Shown: in pieces, positions 18,172 to 27,962 of the stretch
Layout of the letters: every line of letters starts with the position of its first letter
Position numbering within the stretch: the stretch's first letter is position 1
Source: Vicinamibacteria bacterium
GTDB taxonomy: Bacteria; Acidobacteriota; Vicinamibacteria; Fen-336
Direction of reading: 5' to 3'
DNA length: 64,000 bases
Assembly (NCBI GenBank): GCA_035691285.1
Contig: DASSJI010000156.1
Coordinates: 17,858 to 81,857, forward strand
Program-made: the position numbers and the translations under genes
Notes under the pieces: generated by a model
Seen by the model: the letters and a program-made list of their open reading frames with translations, nothing else
What the model was told of the DNA's origin: nothing
The model's database searches: none

Positions 18172-19347
18172 ATGAGCGAAACGATGACCGCACCACGCAG
18201 CCTGCCGCTGTCCGACCTCAGCGAGGAGGAGCAGCTCTTCCGCGAGCAGGTGCGTGACTTCGCTGAGAAGGAAGTCGCGCCGCTGATTCGCAAGATGGAC
18301 GAGGAGGCGAAGATCCCGCGCGAGCTGATCGACAAGTGCTTCCAGCTCGGGATCATGGGCATCGAGATCCCCGAGAGGTTCCAGGGCGCCGGGGCCACGT
18401 TCTTCATGTCGGTGCTGGTCGTCGAGGAGCTGGCGCGCGTGGACGCGTCGCTCGCGGTGCTCGTGGACGTCCAGAACACCCTGGTCAACAACGCCGTCCT
18501 GCGGTGGGGCACCGAAGACCAGAAGTCCCGCTACTTCCCCAAGCTGGCGTCGAAATGGGTGGGCGCCTACGCGCTCTCGGAGGCGGGCTCGGGCAGCGAC
18601 GCCTTCGCCCTCGCCTGCCGGGCCGAGGACAAGGGCGATCACTACGCGCTGACCGGCCAGAAGCTGTGGATCACGAACGCGGCCGAGGCGGAGCTCTTCA
18701 TCGTGCTCGCGAACCTCGACCCGGCCAAGGGCTACAAGGGGATCACGGCCTTCCTCGTCGAGAGGGGCTTCTCCGGCTTCACCGTCGGCAAGAAGGAGGA
18801 CAAGCTCGGGATCCGGGCGAGCTCCACCTGCGAGCTGATCCTCGAGGGCTGCAAGGTGCCGAAGGCCAACGTCCTCGGCGAGGCCGGCAAGGGCTACAAG
18901 ATCGCCATCGAGACCCTGAACGAGGGACGGATCGGCATCGGCGCGCAGATGGTGGGCGTCGCCCAGGGCGCCTACGAGCACGCCCTCAAGTACTCCCAGG
19001 AGCGCCAGCAATTCGGCAAGCCGATCGCGGAGTTCCAGGGCATCCAGTTCCAGCTCGCCGAGATGGCCACCCAGATCGAGGCGTCGCGCCTGCTCACCTA
19101 CAACGCGGCGCGGCTACGGGACGTCGGCAAGCCCTTCATCAAGGAGGCGGCCATGGCCAAGCTGTTCGCCTCGCGCGCCGCCGAGTACGTGGCCAGCCGG
19201 GCGATCGAGACCTACGGCGGCTACGGCTTCACCCGCGAGTACCCGGTGGAGAAGTACTTCCGCGACCAGAAGGTCGGCCAGATCTACGAGGGCACCACGA
19301 ACATGCAGCTTCTCGTGATCGCGAAGCAGGTGCTCGGCAAGATGTAG
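18172..19347 (+). CDS. acyl-CoA dehydrogenase (short/branched-chain type)
   Basis: Full-length ACAD with catalytic Glu near the C-terminus (YEGTTNMQ). Confidence 0.9.
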   Translation: MSETMTAPRSLPLSDLSEEEQLFREQVRDFAEKEVAPLIRKMDEEAKIPRELIDKCFQLGIMGIEIPERFQGAGATFFMSVLVVEELARVDASLAVLVDVQNTLVNNAVLRWGTEDQKSRYFPKLASKWVGAYALSEAGSGSDAFALACRAEDKGDHYALTGQKLWITNAAEAELFIVLANLDPAKGYKGITAFLVERGFSGFTVGKKEDKLGIRASSTCELILEGCKVPKANVLGEAGKGYKIAIETLNEGRIGIGAQMVGVAQGAYEHALKYSQERQQFGKPIAEFQGIQFQLAEMATQIEASRLLTYNAARLRDVGKPFIKEAAMAKLFASRAAEYVASRAIETYGGYGFTREYPVEKYFRDQKVGQIYEGTTNMQLLVIAKQVLGKM

Positions 19348-19355
19348 GCGGCCGG

Positions 19356-19745
19356 CTAGAACACCAGGGGCTGGTCGGCGTCGATCTTGAAGCGGAACGT
19401 GCGCGTCCAGCCGGGCAGCACCTTGCCCTCGCGCTCGTACTCGCAGTTGATGCGACGCGAGGTGTCGAGGGTCTGGATCCTGAAGCAGCTCTTCTGGATG
19501 TAGCCGTCCAGGCGGTTCTCGACGACCTCCTTCATCAGCATGTCCACGAGCTGGTCGTCCTTTATGTTACGGGGCGTGCGGCAGATCTGGTTGACCTTGT
19601 CGGCCAGGTTGTACTGCGCGATGTAGATCGGCACCACGTTCCACCCGGCGTAGATCGTGAGCGCGAAGACCCCGAGCCAGATGAAGCTCTGGAGCCGGCC
19701 CTCGCCCCGTTCGCGGTGCATCGTCATGGTTCTCATCTCCTCCAT
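19356..19745 (-). CDS. DUF4845-like small membrane-anchored protein downstream of lepB
   Basis: N-terminal TM helix LQSFIWLGVFALTIYAGWNVVPIYIAQY followed by a roughly 90-aa domain. Start 6 nt after the lepB stop. Lower GC than its neighbours. Confidence 0.5.
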   Translation of the reverse strand: MEEMRTMTMHRERGEGRLQSFIWLGVFALTIYAGWNVVPIYIAQYNLADKVNQICRTPRNIKDDQLVDMLMKEVVENRLDGYIQKSCFRIQTLDTSRRINCEYEREGKVLPGWTRTFRFKIDADQPLVF

Positions 19746-19751
19746 GCGGCT

Positions 19752-20501
19752 TCAGCGAATGACGTGGAAGAAGCGGTCCCAACGCGTGCGGCCCAGCGCC
19801 GTCGCGGTGTCGCGAAGCCAGGCCAGGGCTCCGCTCCGCCGGTACTCCTCGCGCGTGGCCGCGTAGGACCAGTATACGAAGAGGGCGCGCCCCTTCACCA
19901 GCTCGCGGGGGAGGAAGCCCCAGATGCGGCTGTCGTTGCTGTTGTCACGGTTGTCGCCCAGGACGAAGAGCTGGCCCTCGGGGACGCGGAGCGGCCCGTA
20001 GGGGGTGCGCTCGCGGCCACCCAGGCCGCCCGCCTCCACCTCGCTCGACTCGCCCTGGTCCGCGTCGAGGAAGTGCACGTAGGCGGTCTCGTCGAGCGGC
20101 CGGCCGTCGACGAGCACGGTCTTGTCGTGGATCTCGACCGTCTCCCCGGGCAGCGCCACCACGCGCTTGACGTAGTCCTTCTCCGGGTTCTCGGGAAAGC
20201 GGAACACGACCACGTCGCCCCGGCGCACCTCGCGCTTGGCGAGGAGCAGGTCCTCGACCCTTCCGATCGACGGCGAGTACACGAGGCGGTTCACGAACAG
20301 GTGATCGCCGATGAGCAGGTTCGGCTCCATGGAGCTCGTGGGGATCTTGAACGCCTGGATCGCGAAGGTCCGCACGAAGAGCGCCAGAACCACCGCCACG
20401 ACGATGGCCTCGAGGTACTCGCGGGCCACGGACTTCTTGAAGGCCGGGACGGCGCCGTTTCCAGCGGCGGGGCCGCTCATCGCCCGGTATTCTAACGTCA
20501 A
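19752..20501 (-). CDS. lepB: signal peptidase I (housekeeping copy)
   Basis: IPTSSMEPNLLIGD, VKRVVALPGE, GDNRDNSNDSRIWGF. Immediately downstream of lepA. Confidence 0.9.
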   Translation of the reverse strand: MTLEYRAMSGPAAGNGAVPAFKKSVAREYLEAIVVAVVLALFVRTFAIQAFKIPTSSMEPNLLIGDHLFVNRLVYSPSIGRVEDLLLAKREVRRGDVVVFRFPENPEKDYVKRVVALPGETVEIHDKTVLVDGRPLDETAYVHFLDADQGESSEVEAGGLGGRERTPYGPLRVPEGQLFVLGDNRDNSNDSRIWGFLPRELVKGRALFVYWSYAATREEYRRSGALAWLRDTATALGRTRWDRFFHVIR

Positions 20502-20516
20502 TTCAAGGGTTCGCCG

Positions 20517-22310
20517 TCACTCGTCGACCCGCAGCACGGCCAGGAACGCCTCCTGGGGGATGTCCACCGTGCCCACGCGCTTCATCCGCTTCTTGCCTTC
20601 CTTCTGCTTCTCCAGGAGCTTGCGCTTGCGGGTGATGTCGCCCCCGTAGCACTTGGCGAGCACGTTCTTGCGGAGGGGCTTCACCGTCTCGCGGGCGATG
20701 ATGCGCGAGCCGATCGCCGCCTGGATCGCCACCTCGAACATCTGGCGCGGGATCAGCTTCCGCATCTTCTCGACCAGGGCCTTGCCGCGCTGATAGGCGC
20801 TGTCCCGGTGGACGATCAGGGACAGGGCGTCCACGGGGTCGCCGTTGACGAGCACGTCGAGCTTGACGAGGGGCGAGACCCAATGCCCGGTGAACTGGTA
20901 GTCCAGGGAGGCGTAGCCCTTGGAGGCGGACTTCAGCCGGTCGTAGAAGTCCAGGAGGATCTCGTTCAGGGGCAGCTCGTACTCGATCATCACGCGGGTG
21001 GTCGTGATGTAGTGGATGCCCTTCTGGACGCCCCGCTTCTCCTGGCACAGCTTCAGGATCGGGCCCACGAACTCGTCGCCGGTGAGGATCGTGGCGGTGA
21101 TGATCGGCTCCTCGATGGAGTCGATGGCGCCTGGCTCTGGGAGGCGGGCCGGAGAGTCCACCTCCACCACCTCGCCGTCCGTCTTGAGCACCCGATAGCG
21201 CACGGACGGAGCGGTGATGAGCAGCTCGAGCCCGAACTCGCGCTCGAGCCGCTCCTCGACGATCTCCATGTGGAGCAGGCCGAGGAAACCGCAGCGGAAC
21301 CCGAAGCCGAGGGCCGTCGAGGTCTCGGGCTCGTAGAAGAAGGACGAGTCGTTGAGGCGCAGCTTCTCGAGGGCCTCGCGCAGCTCGGAGTACTGGTCGG
21401 CGTCCACGGGGTACAGGCCCGCGAACACCATCGGCTTGATCTCCTTGAACCCCGGCAGCGGCTCGGGGGCGGAGTGCTTGTCCGTGGTGAGCGTATCGCC
21501 GATCGCGACGTCGGACACCTTCTTGATTCCCGCGATCACGAAGCCCACCTCGCCTGCCGCGAGGGAATCGACGGGCAGGGGCTTCGGCGTGAAGACGCCG
21601 AGCTGCTCCACCTCGTGGACGCCGCCGGACGCCATCAGGCGGACCTTCGTCTTGGGCTCCAGGCGGCCGTCCACGATGTGGACGAGGACCACGACGCCCC
21701 GGTACTGGTCGAACCACGAGTCGAACACGAGCGCCCGCAGGGGCGCGTCGGGGTCGCCCTTGGGCGGCGGCACCCGCGCGACGATCGCCTCGAGGATCTC
21801 GTCGATGCCGAGCCCTTGCTTGGCCGAGGCCGGAATCGCGCCGGACGCATCGATCCCGATCACGTGCTCGATCTGCTCCTTCACTCGCTCGGGCTCGGCG
21901 CCGGGCAGGTCGATCTTGTTCAGCACCGGGATGATCTCGAGGCCCGCGTCGGCCGCCAGGTGGGCGTTGGCGAGGGTCTGGGCCTCGACGCCCTGGGAGG
22001 CGTCCACCACCAGCAGCGCCCCCTGGCAGGCCGCGAGGGAGCGCGAGACCTCGTACGAGAAGTCCACGTGGCCCGGTGTGTCGATGAGGTTCAGGATGTA
22101 GTCCTGCCCGTCCCGGGACTGGTAGTGGAGGCGCACCGAGTGCTGCTTGATGGTGATCCCGCGCTCCCGCTCGAGGTCCATCGCGTCCAGGAACTGCTCG
22201 GTCATCTCGCGCTGCGAGAGCGCGCCCGTGCGCTCCAGCAGACGGTCCGAGAGGGTCGTCTTGCCGTGATCGATGTGGGCGATGATCGAGAAGTTGCGGA
22301 TGTTCCTCAT
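20517..22310 (-). CDS. lepA: elongation factor 4
   Basis: [27 protein letters not shown], and the unique LepA C-terminal domain. Confidence 0.95.
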   Translation of the reverse strand: MRNIRNFSIIAHIDHGKTTLSDRLLERTGALSQREMTEQFLDAMDLERERGITIKQHSVRLHYQSRDGQDYILNLIDTPGHVDFSYEVSRSLAACQGALLVVDASQGVEAQTLANAHLAADAGLEIIPVLNKIDLPGAEPERVKEQIEHVIGIDASGAIPASAKQGLGIDEILEAIVARVPPPKGDPDAPLRALVFDSWFDQYRGVVVLVHIVDGRLEPKTKVRLMASGGVHEVEQLGVFTPKPLPVDSLAAGEVGFVIAGIKKVSDVAIGDTLTTDKHSAPEPLPGFKEIKPMVFAGLYPVDADQYSELREALEKLRLNDSSFFYEPETSTALGFGFRCGFLGLLHMEIVEERLEREFGLELLITAPSVRYRVLKTDGEVVEVDSPARLPEPGAIDSIEEPIITATILTGDEFVGPILKLCQEKRGVQKGIHYITTTRVMIEYELPLNEILLDFYDRLKSASKGYASLDYQFTGHWVSPLVKLDVLVNGDPVDALSLIVHRDSAYQRGKALVEKMRKLIPRQMFEVAIQAAIGSRIIARETVKPLRKNVLAKCYGGDITRKRKLLEKQKEGKKRMKRVGTVDIPQEAFLAVLRVDE

Positions 22311-22463
22311 CGGCGGGGCGGACGGCCGGGGAGGCGGGAGACCACAGGGGAGTGCGGGGAGCGCTTCACCAAACGCCCGATTCTAGCCGATCGTTGACCC
22401 TCCACGCCCCGCGGCGTATCCTCAGCGTCTTCCGAAACGAGCCGCCTTGCCGCTGAGAGCGCC

Positions 22464-25400
22464 GTGAGCGTAGAGGGCCGTCCCCTGGCGGAATCGCGGC
22501 TGCGCCGCCTGCGGCTCGACGCCGGAGACGTCGTCTTCGTGTGCGTGGCGGTCGCCGCGGTCGTCTTTCCGCTGCGCCTCTCCGAAGGCCCGCCCGCCGA
22601 ACGCTTCCTGCCCGAGCTCCTGAGCGCTCTCATCGACCTCGCCCTCGTGTGGCTCCTCCTGCGGGCGGCGGCCACGCCCCGGCTGGACCGGGGCAGCGTC
22701 CGGGCGTTCCGCCTCCTGGCGGCCGCGCGGCTCTGCGCCCTCGTCGGCAACGCCGTGTGGTACGTCGATGAGCTGCGAGGTGCGCCTCCGGAGCTGTCGC
22801 TCAGCCTGGCCCCCTACACGGCGTATTACGGCTTCCTCCTGGCCGGCGTGCTCTCGTTTCCGATGCTGTTCGCCACGCCAGGCGAGAGGGCCCGATTCCG
22901 GCTCGACGCACTCGCCATCCTCGTCGGGGGCGGGCTCGTCCTGCTCCTCGCCCTGGGCGATCGATCCGGCGGGACGCCCGCCGAGTCCGTCGTGTTCGCC
23001 CTCTACGCGCTCGGGGACCTGGTGCTGCTCCTCGCCGCAGCCCTGCTGCTGCTGCGCCGTGACCCGCGCAGCGGAGCGACCTTTCCGCTGCTGGCAGCCT
23101 GTCTGCTCCTCACGCTTCTCGGCGACTCCCTGGCAGCCGCGCGTCCGCTGGGGCTCTCGCTGCCCGAGCCAGCCGTCCCCCTCACGGTGCGCGCCTCGCG
23201 GCTGTGTCTCGCGGCGGCTGCGTACGTCTTCCGGCGGCAGGCGCTCGCGCACCAAGGCGTGGCGGCAGCCATCGCCCGGCCCAGGCGACGCACGCTGCTC
23301 CCCTTCGCCGCGATGGCCTCCGGCTATGGCGCCGTGCTCGCGGCGTCGATCCAGGGGCATCGGGCGCTTCCGGTGCTCGTCGTGGGAGTCGCGGCCCTCA
23401 CGTTCCTGGTCGTGTTCCGCCAGATCGCAGCCGAGCGCGAGAACGCGCGGCTTCTGGCCGAGCAGATCACCCTGAAGGACAAGGCGCGCTTCGAGGCGCT
23501 CGTCGAGAGCAGCGCCGACGTCGTGACCCTCATCGACAGGGGCGGGCGCTTCCTGTACGCGAGCGCGTCGCTCGAGCGCGTCTTCGGCATCAGCCCCGAG
23601 CAGGTCGTCGGACACAGCGCCTTCGAGAGCATCCACCCCGACGACAGGGAGCGCTGTCGCCGGATCTTCGAGGACTGCATCGCAGTGCCCGGCAGCCGGG
23701 CCCACGCCGAGCTGCGCATGCGCCATCGCGACGGCGCGTTCCGCCACGTCGAAGCGGACGCCGTCAATCAGCTCGACAACCCCGAGATCGGCGCCCTCGT
23801 GGCGACCTTCCGCGACGTGAGCGCCCGCCGCCGCGCCGAGGACGAGCTCGGCGCCCAGCGGGACCTGCTCGCCAACCTGCTGGCCGTGGCGCGCGCGACG
23901 ACCCAGAGCCCCGGCCTCGGAACCACACTGCGCAACGCCCTCGACGCGGTCAGGACCGTCGTGGGCGCGACGGGCGGCTCCATCGTCCTGGTCGACGAGC
24001 GCGGGTCCGTCCTCAGCAGCGTGTTCGCCGGGGCTGACTCTCCGCCCGAGGCGGGGCGCCGCGCCCATGCCCGCGAGGTGCTGAAGGGGGGCCTCGCCGG
24101 ATGGGTGGCCCATCGCCGGGAGGCCGCGATCGTGAGCGACGTGCTCGCGGACGAGCGCTGGCTCCGGCTCCCCGGGGAGTCCATCGCGTCGGCCCTGTCG
24201 GTTCCGATCTCCTCCGGCGCGGAGCTCGTCGGCGTGCTCAGCCTGGTGCACACGGAGCGGGGCTTTTTCGAACAGCGCCACCTCCGGCTCGTGCAGGACG
24301 CCTGCGAGCAGATCGCCCTGGCTCTTCGCAACGCGCAGGTGTTCGAGGCGCTCGGCAGCATGGCGCAGCGGCTGCGCCTGCTGAACGACTTCGTTCGAGC
24401 CGCCGGGCTGCGTCTGGATCCGGACGCCGTGCTGCGCACGGCCGTCGAGACCCTCTCCCGGCAGACGCGCTGGCTGAACATCGCGATCTCGGTCCCGGAT
24501 CCCGAGACCCACGTCCTCAGGATCGTGACCAGGGACCAGGACGCCGCGCCGGCGATGCAGCGCGTCGGCCAGGGCGTCGTGGGGCGAGCCTACGAGACCG
24601 GCCGCACGCAGCTCGTGCCCGACGTCTCGAGGGATCCCGATCATCTCGAGGGCTCGCCCCTGGCGCGCAGCGAGCTGGCGGTGCCGCTCAAGCGCGGGTC
24701 GCGGGTGCTGGGGGTCTTGAACCTCGAGAGCGACGAGCCCGACGCCTTCGGCGAGGAGGACATCCGTCTCGCGGAGTCCCTCGCCGACACCATCGCGATC
24801 TCACTCGACGAGGCGACCGTGTTCCGCCGCCTCGCCGAGGAGTCCGAGCGGCTGCAGGCGGTGATCGGCGCGAGCCGCGACGGGATCCTGCTGGTGGGCG
24901 ACGGGCGCGTCCGCCTCGTCAACCCGCCGGCCCTCCGCCTGCTGGGGCTACCGGGCGACGTCGAGGACTGGCTGGGTCGGGGGAAGGGCGACCTCCCGGC
25001 GCTGGCCCGGCTCGCCGCCGCCGAGGGCGAGACGAGCCTCGAGGGCCGCATCGTGCGCTACCGGGCGCAGCCGCTGGCGGCAGGCGGCGCCGAGGGGCGC
25101 CTGATCGTGCTCCGAGACGTCACCGAGGAGCGCCGCGTGGCGGCCATGCGCGAGGACCTCACCCACACCCTGGTGCACGACCTCCGTACGCCCCTCAACT
25201 CGATCATGGGCTTCCTCGAGCTGCTCGGCCATTCGCCGTCGCTCGGCGATCCCCATCAGGAGCTGCTCGAGATCGCGGGCCGGGCCACCCAGCGGCTCGT
25301 ATCGCTGGTCGACACCATCCTCGACGTGAGCCGTCTCGAGAAGGGCGCCATGCCCCTGGAGCTCGAGACCATGGCGCTGGCGCCGGTCGTGACGGAAGTC

Positions 25401-25817
25401 CTCGACCTTCAGAAGCCCCTCGCCAGGCCGCGGGCCATCACCTTTCGCGCCGAGCTGCCCGGCGAGCTACCCCGGGTGCGGGCCGACGCGTCGCTGCTGC
25501 GGCGCATCCTGGAGAACCTGGTCGCGAACGCCCTGCGCCACACGCCGCGCGGGGGCGAGGTTCTCGTCGCCGCCCGTGCTCTCGGCGAGCCGGTTCCGGT
25601 CATCGAGGTGCGGATCCGCGACTTGGGGCCGGGGATCCCGGCCGAGGAGCAGCTTCGCATCTTCGACAAGTGGGTGACCGGGGAGCAGCGCCACCGTGGC
25701 ACGGGCCTGGGACTGGCCTTCTGCCGCATGGCGGTCGAGGCCCAGGGCGGTCGGATCCGCGTCGAGAGCGCTCCCGGCGCCGGCGCCACGTTCGCGTTCA
25801 CGCTGCCGGCGGCCTAG
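22464..25817 (+). CDS. membrane-anchored multi-sensor histidine kinase (multi-TM N-terminus, PAS, 2-3 GAF, HisKA, HATPase_c)
   Basis: HDLRTPLNSIMGFLELL H-box. N, G1 and G2 boxes near the C-terminus. No adjacent response regulator. Confidence 0.85.
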   Translation: MSVEGRPLAESRLRRLRLDAGDVVFVCVAVAAVVFPLRLSEGPPAERFLPELLSALIDLALVWLLLRAAATPRLDRGSVRAFRLLAAARLCALVGNAVWYVDELRGAPPELSLSLAPYTAYYGFLLAGVLSFPMLFATPGERARFRLDALAILVGGGLVLLLALGDRSGGTPAESVVFALYALGDLVLLLAAALLLLRRDPRSGATFPLLAACLLLTLLGDSLAAARPLGLSLPEPAVPLTVRASRLCLAAAAYVFRRQALAHQGVAAAIARPRRRTLLPFAAMASGYGAVLAASIQGHRALPVLVVGVAALTFLVVFRQIAAERENARLLAEQITLKDKARFEALVESSADVVTLIDRGGRFLYASASLERVFGISPEQVVGHSAFESIHPDDRERCRRIFEDCIAVPGSRAHAELRMRHRDGAFRHVEADAVNQLDNPEIGALVATFRDVSARRRAEDELGAQRDLLANLLAVARATTQSPGLGTTLRNALDAVRTVVGATGGSIVLVDERGSVLSSVFAGADSPPEAGRRAHAREVLKGGLAGWVAHRREAAIVSDVLADERWLRLPGESIASALSVPISSGAELVGVLSLVHTERGFFEQRHLRLVQDACEQIALALRNAQVFEALGSMAQRLRLLNDFVRAAGLRLDPDAVLRTAVETLSRQTRWLNIAISVPDPETHVLRIVTRDQDAAPAMQRVGQGVVGRAYETGRTQLVPDVSRDPDHLEGSPLARSELAVPLKRGSRVLGVLNLESDEPDAFGEEDIRLAESLADTIAISLDEATVFRRLAEESERLQAVIGASRDGILLVGDGRVRLVNPPALRLLGLPGDVEDWLGRGKGDLPALARLAAAEGETSLEGRIVRYRAQPLAAGGAEGRLIVLRDVTEERRVAAMREDLTHTLVHDLRTPLNSIMGFLELLGHSPSLGDPHQELLEIAGRATQRLVSLVDTILDVSRLEKGAMPLELETMALAPVVTEVLDLQKPLARPRAITFRAELPGELPRVRADASLLRRILENLVANALRHTPRGGEVLVAARALGEPVPVIEVRIRDLGPGIPAEEQLRIFDKWVTGEQRHRGTGLGLAFCRMAVEAQGGRIRVESAPGAGATFAFTLPAA

Positions 25818-26236
25818 GCTCTCGCCACCACCACCCAGTCCACGCGAGGCCGGCCGAAGAACAGGCCGCGCCCTTGCTCATCGAGGCGGAAGGCCGGCTT
25901 CCAGCGCAGCAGGCGATCGGCGAGGGTCGTGAACGGCCGCTCGGCGGCCTCGCGCGCCCGGGCAGCGTCGGCGCTCAGGATCAGGAGCGCCACCCGGCCG
26001 TTCAGGAACGCCAGCACGACCTCGTCCTCTTCCCAGCCTTCGAACACGTCCTCCTGGGGACCGTCCCCCGCGAGGCTCGCGGGCAGGGCGAACAGCCGCG
26101 AAAGACGCGGCTCCAGGAAGCAGCGCGCCGCCCACGCGGCCGGGCCGTCATCGGAGCGGCTCTCGAACGCAACCCCCGTGGGCTCGAGGATGCACGCATA
26201 GCGGGCCCCCGACGCCTCGCGGATCACGTCGAGCAT
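25814..26236 (-). CDS. hypothetical protein (140 aa), downstream of glucokinase
   Basis: C-terminal part of ORF 25814..27400; the upstream part is Arg-rich shadow. An alternative GTG start at 26278 overlaps the glk stop. Its stop overlaps the kinase stop by 4 nt. Confidence 0.35.
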   Translation of the reverse strand: MLDVIREASGARYACILEPTGVAFESRSDDGPAAWAARCFLEPRLSRLFALPASLAGDGPQEDVFEGWEEDEVVLAFLNGRVALLILSADAARAREAAERPFTTLADRLLRWKPAFRLDEQGRGLFFGRPRVDWVVVARA

Positions 26237-26277
26237 CCGGGCGATGTCGTCCTGCAGCCGCCCGGGCGGGTCGAGCA

Positions 26278-27219
26278 CTAGGCCGCGAGCCCCACCATCG
26301 CGACGCGCGCCGCGCCCACGACGCCGGCGTCGCCGCCGAGCTCGGCCAGGCGGAAGGAGGTGTCGGCGAAGACCTGTGGGAAGCAGCGCGCGCGCACCTC
26401 GTTCGCGACGCGCTCGAGGAGGAAGTCGCCGGCCGCCGCCACGCCGCCGCCCAGCACCACCCGGTCGAGGTTGAGCAGGTTCAAAGCGGCGCCGATGCCG
26501 ACGCCGAGCGCGCGGGCGGCGCCGTCCACCACCTCGAGAGCCAGCGCGTCCCCGGCGCGGGCGGCGTTCACGATCGCCTCGGGGTCGAGGGTCTGGCCGC
26601 GCAGGGACGACTCGCGGCTCTGCAGGGCTTCGGCGGCTCGGCGCACCCAGCCCCCGATTCCCGCGATCGTCTCGAGACAGCCGCGCGCGCCGCAGCCGCA
26701 GGGGACGCCATCGGGGTCGACCTGGATGTGGCCGATCTCGCCGGCGTACCCGCTCTTGCCCGACCAGATGCGTCCGCCCAGGATGATGCCGGCGCCGATG
26801 CCGGTGCCGAGGCTGACGAAGAGCTGGTCCTTCGAGTCGCGGCCCGCGCCCCGCCAGGCCTCGGCCAGGGCCGCGGCGTTGGCGTCGTTCTCGAGGAAGG
26901 TCTCGAGCCCGGTCCGCAGGCGCAGCTCGTGGGCCAGCGCGTATCCGTTCAGGACCGGCACGTTGGGCGCGTTCCGCACCCGCGCCGTCTCCTGCTCGAC
27001 GATGCCGGGGATCCCGATGCCGACGGCCCGGGCCCCGCCGGGCCCGGCCAGCGCTCGGGTGGCGCGCTCCAGCTGCGCGAGCAGCGTCTCGATGCTGTCC
27101 TTCGCGATGGGCTCGTGAAGGCGCTCGTCGACCTTCCCGGCCGGGTTCACGATCGCGCCCTTCAGAAAGCTGCCACCCACGTCGAGGCCGATGAAGCGCA
27201 GCGTGCCGGGTGTCGTCAT
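26278..27219 (-). CDS. ROK-family glucokinase
   Basis: GLDVGGSFLKGAIV, the zinc motif CGCGARGCLE, and GIGIPGIV. Confidence 0.85.
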   Translation of the reverse strand: MTTPGTLRFIGLDVGGSFLKGAIVNPAGKVDERLHEPIAKDSIETLLAQLERATRALAGPGGARAVGIGIPGIVEQETARVRNAPNVPVLNGYALAHELRLRTGLETFLENDANAAALAEAWRGAGRDSKDQLFVSLGTGIGAGIILGGRIWSGKSGYAGEIGHIQVDPDGVPCGCGARGCLETIAGIGGWVRRAAEALQSRESSLRGQTLDPEAIVNAARAGDALALEVVDGAARALGVGIGAALNLLNLDRVVLGGGVAAAGDFLLERVANEVRARCFPQVFADTSFRLAELGGDAGVVGAARVAMVGLAA

Positions 27220-27485
27220 GAGGCGCGATGTTCGCGCCGCGTCGTCTCCGAGTCAACGCCCGCCCGCGATGCGACAATGCCCGCCGCGGCATGCGGCGCA
27301 TGGTGCCCCTCCGGGAGGCGGCCTCCGAGGAGAGCGGATGGGTCGGCCCCTCGACCTCGAGTGGGCCACGAGGGCGCCGCCCTGCGCTGGCTGCAGGCAC
27401 GCCCCATCGTCGCGGCCAGGACTCCAGCCGAATGGCAGATTGAGCGCTTCGCGCCCGGCGAGAACGGCCAGGCCGGAGCCGGCGG

Positions 27486-27514
27486 TTGAACCCTCCGCGC
27501 TAAGGTGGTAGAAA
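27486..27514 (+). promoter_or_regulatory. sigma70-like promoter for the che operon (TTGAAC, 17-nt spacer, TAGAAA)
   Basis: -35 at 27486..27491 and -10 at 27509..27514. A GGAGGAG SD lies at 27555..27561, 11 nt before the cheY ATG. Confidence 0.3.
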
Positions 27515-27572
27515 GCGCGCAAAGCGGCTCCAGCAGCGGCGTAGAGGCAACGCGGGAGGAGACTAGAAGAAG

Positions 27573-27953
27573 ATGCTCAGGAAGATCCTCGCGGTCGACG
27601 ACTCCGCGCTGATCCACCAGATGTACAAGCTCTTCCTCTCGCGCTACAAGAACTGCAAGCTGATCAGCGCGATGAACGGGCTCGAGGCCCTCGACAAGCT
27701 CGCGCAGGAAGAGGGCATCGACCTCATTCTCCTCGACATCAACATGCCGGTGATGAACGGCCTCGAGTTCCTGCAGCGGGTGCAGAAGGAGCCGGCCTAT
27801 CAGGCGATCCCCGTCATCATCATCTCGACCGAGGGCAAGGAAGAGGACACGATCCGCGGGCTCAAGATGGGGGCCAAGGGCTACGTGAAGAAGCCCTTCC
27901 AGGCCTCCGAGCTGCACGGCCTCATCGAGAAGATCACCTCGGCCTCGGCCTAG
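27573..27953 (+). CDS. cheY: chemotaxis response regulator CheY-like
   Basis: Receiver-domain residues DD, D(58-equivalent in LDINMP), T, K. Confidence 0.9.
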   Translation: MLRKILAVDDSALIHQMYKLFLSRYKNCKLISAMNGLEALDKLAQEEGIDLILLDINMPVMNGLEFLQRVQKEPAYQAIPVIIISTEGKEEDTIRGLKMGAKGYVKKPFQASELHGLIEKITSASA

Positions 27954-27962
27954 AGGCGCGCC

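Noticed and set aside
27433-27447. Possible sigma54 -24/-12 element (TGGCAG-N-GC with GG-N10-GC spacing) upstream of cheY
   Set aside because: The -12 region (GCGCTT) matches the TTGCA consensus poorly. No enhancer-binding protein is evident nearby. A sigma70-like TTGAAC-17-TAGAAA closer to the gene is a better candidate.
27470-27500. tRNA-like T-loop resemblance (GGTTGAACC)
   Set aside because: No acceptor or D-arm can be built around it. It overlaps the putative che promoter.
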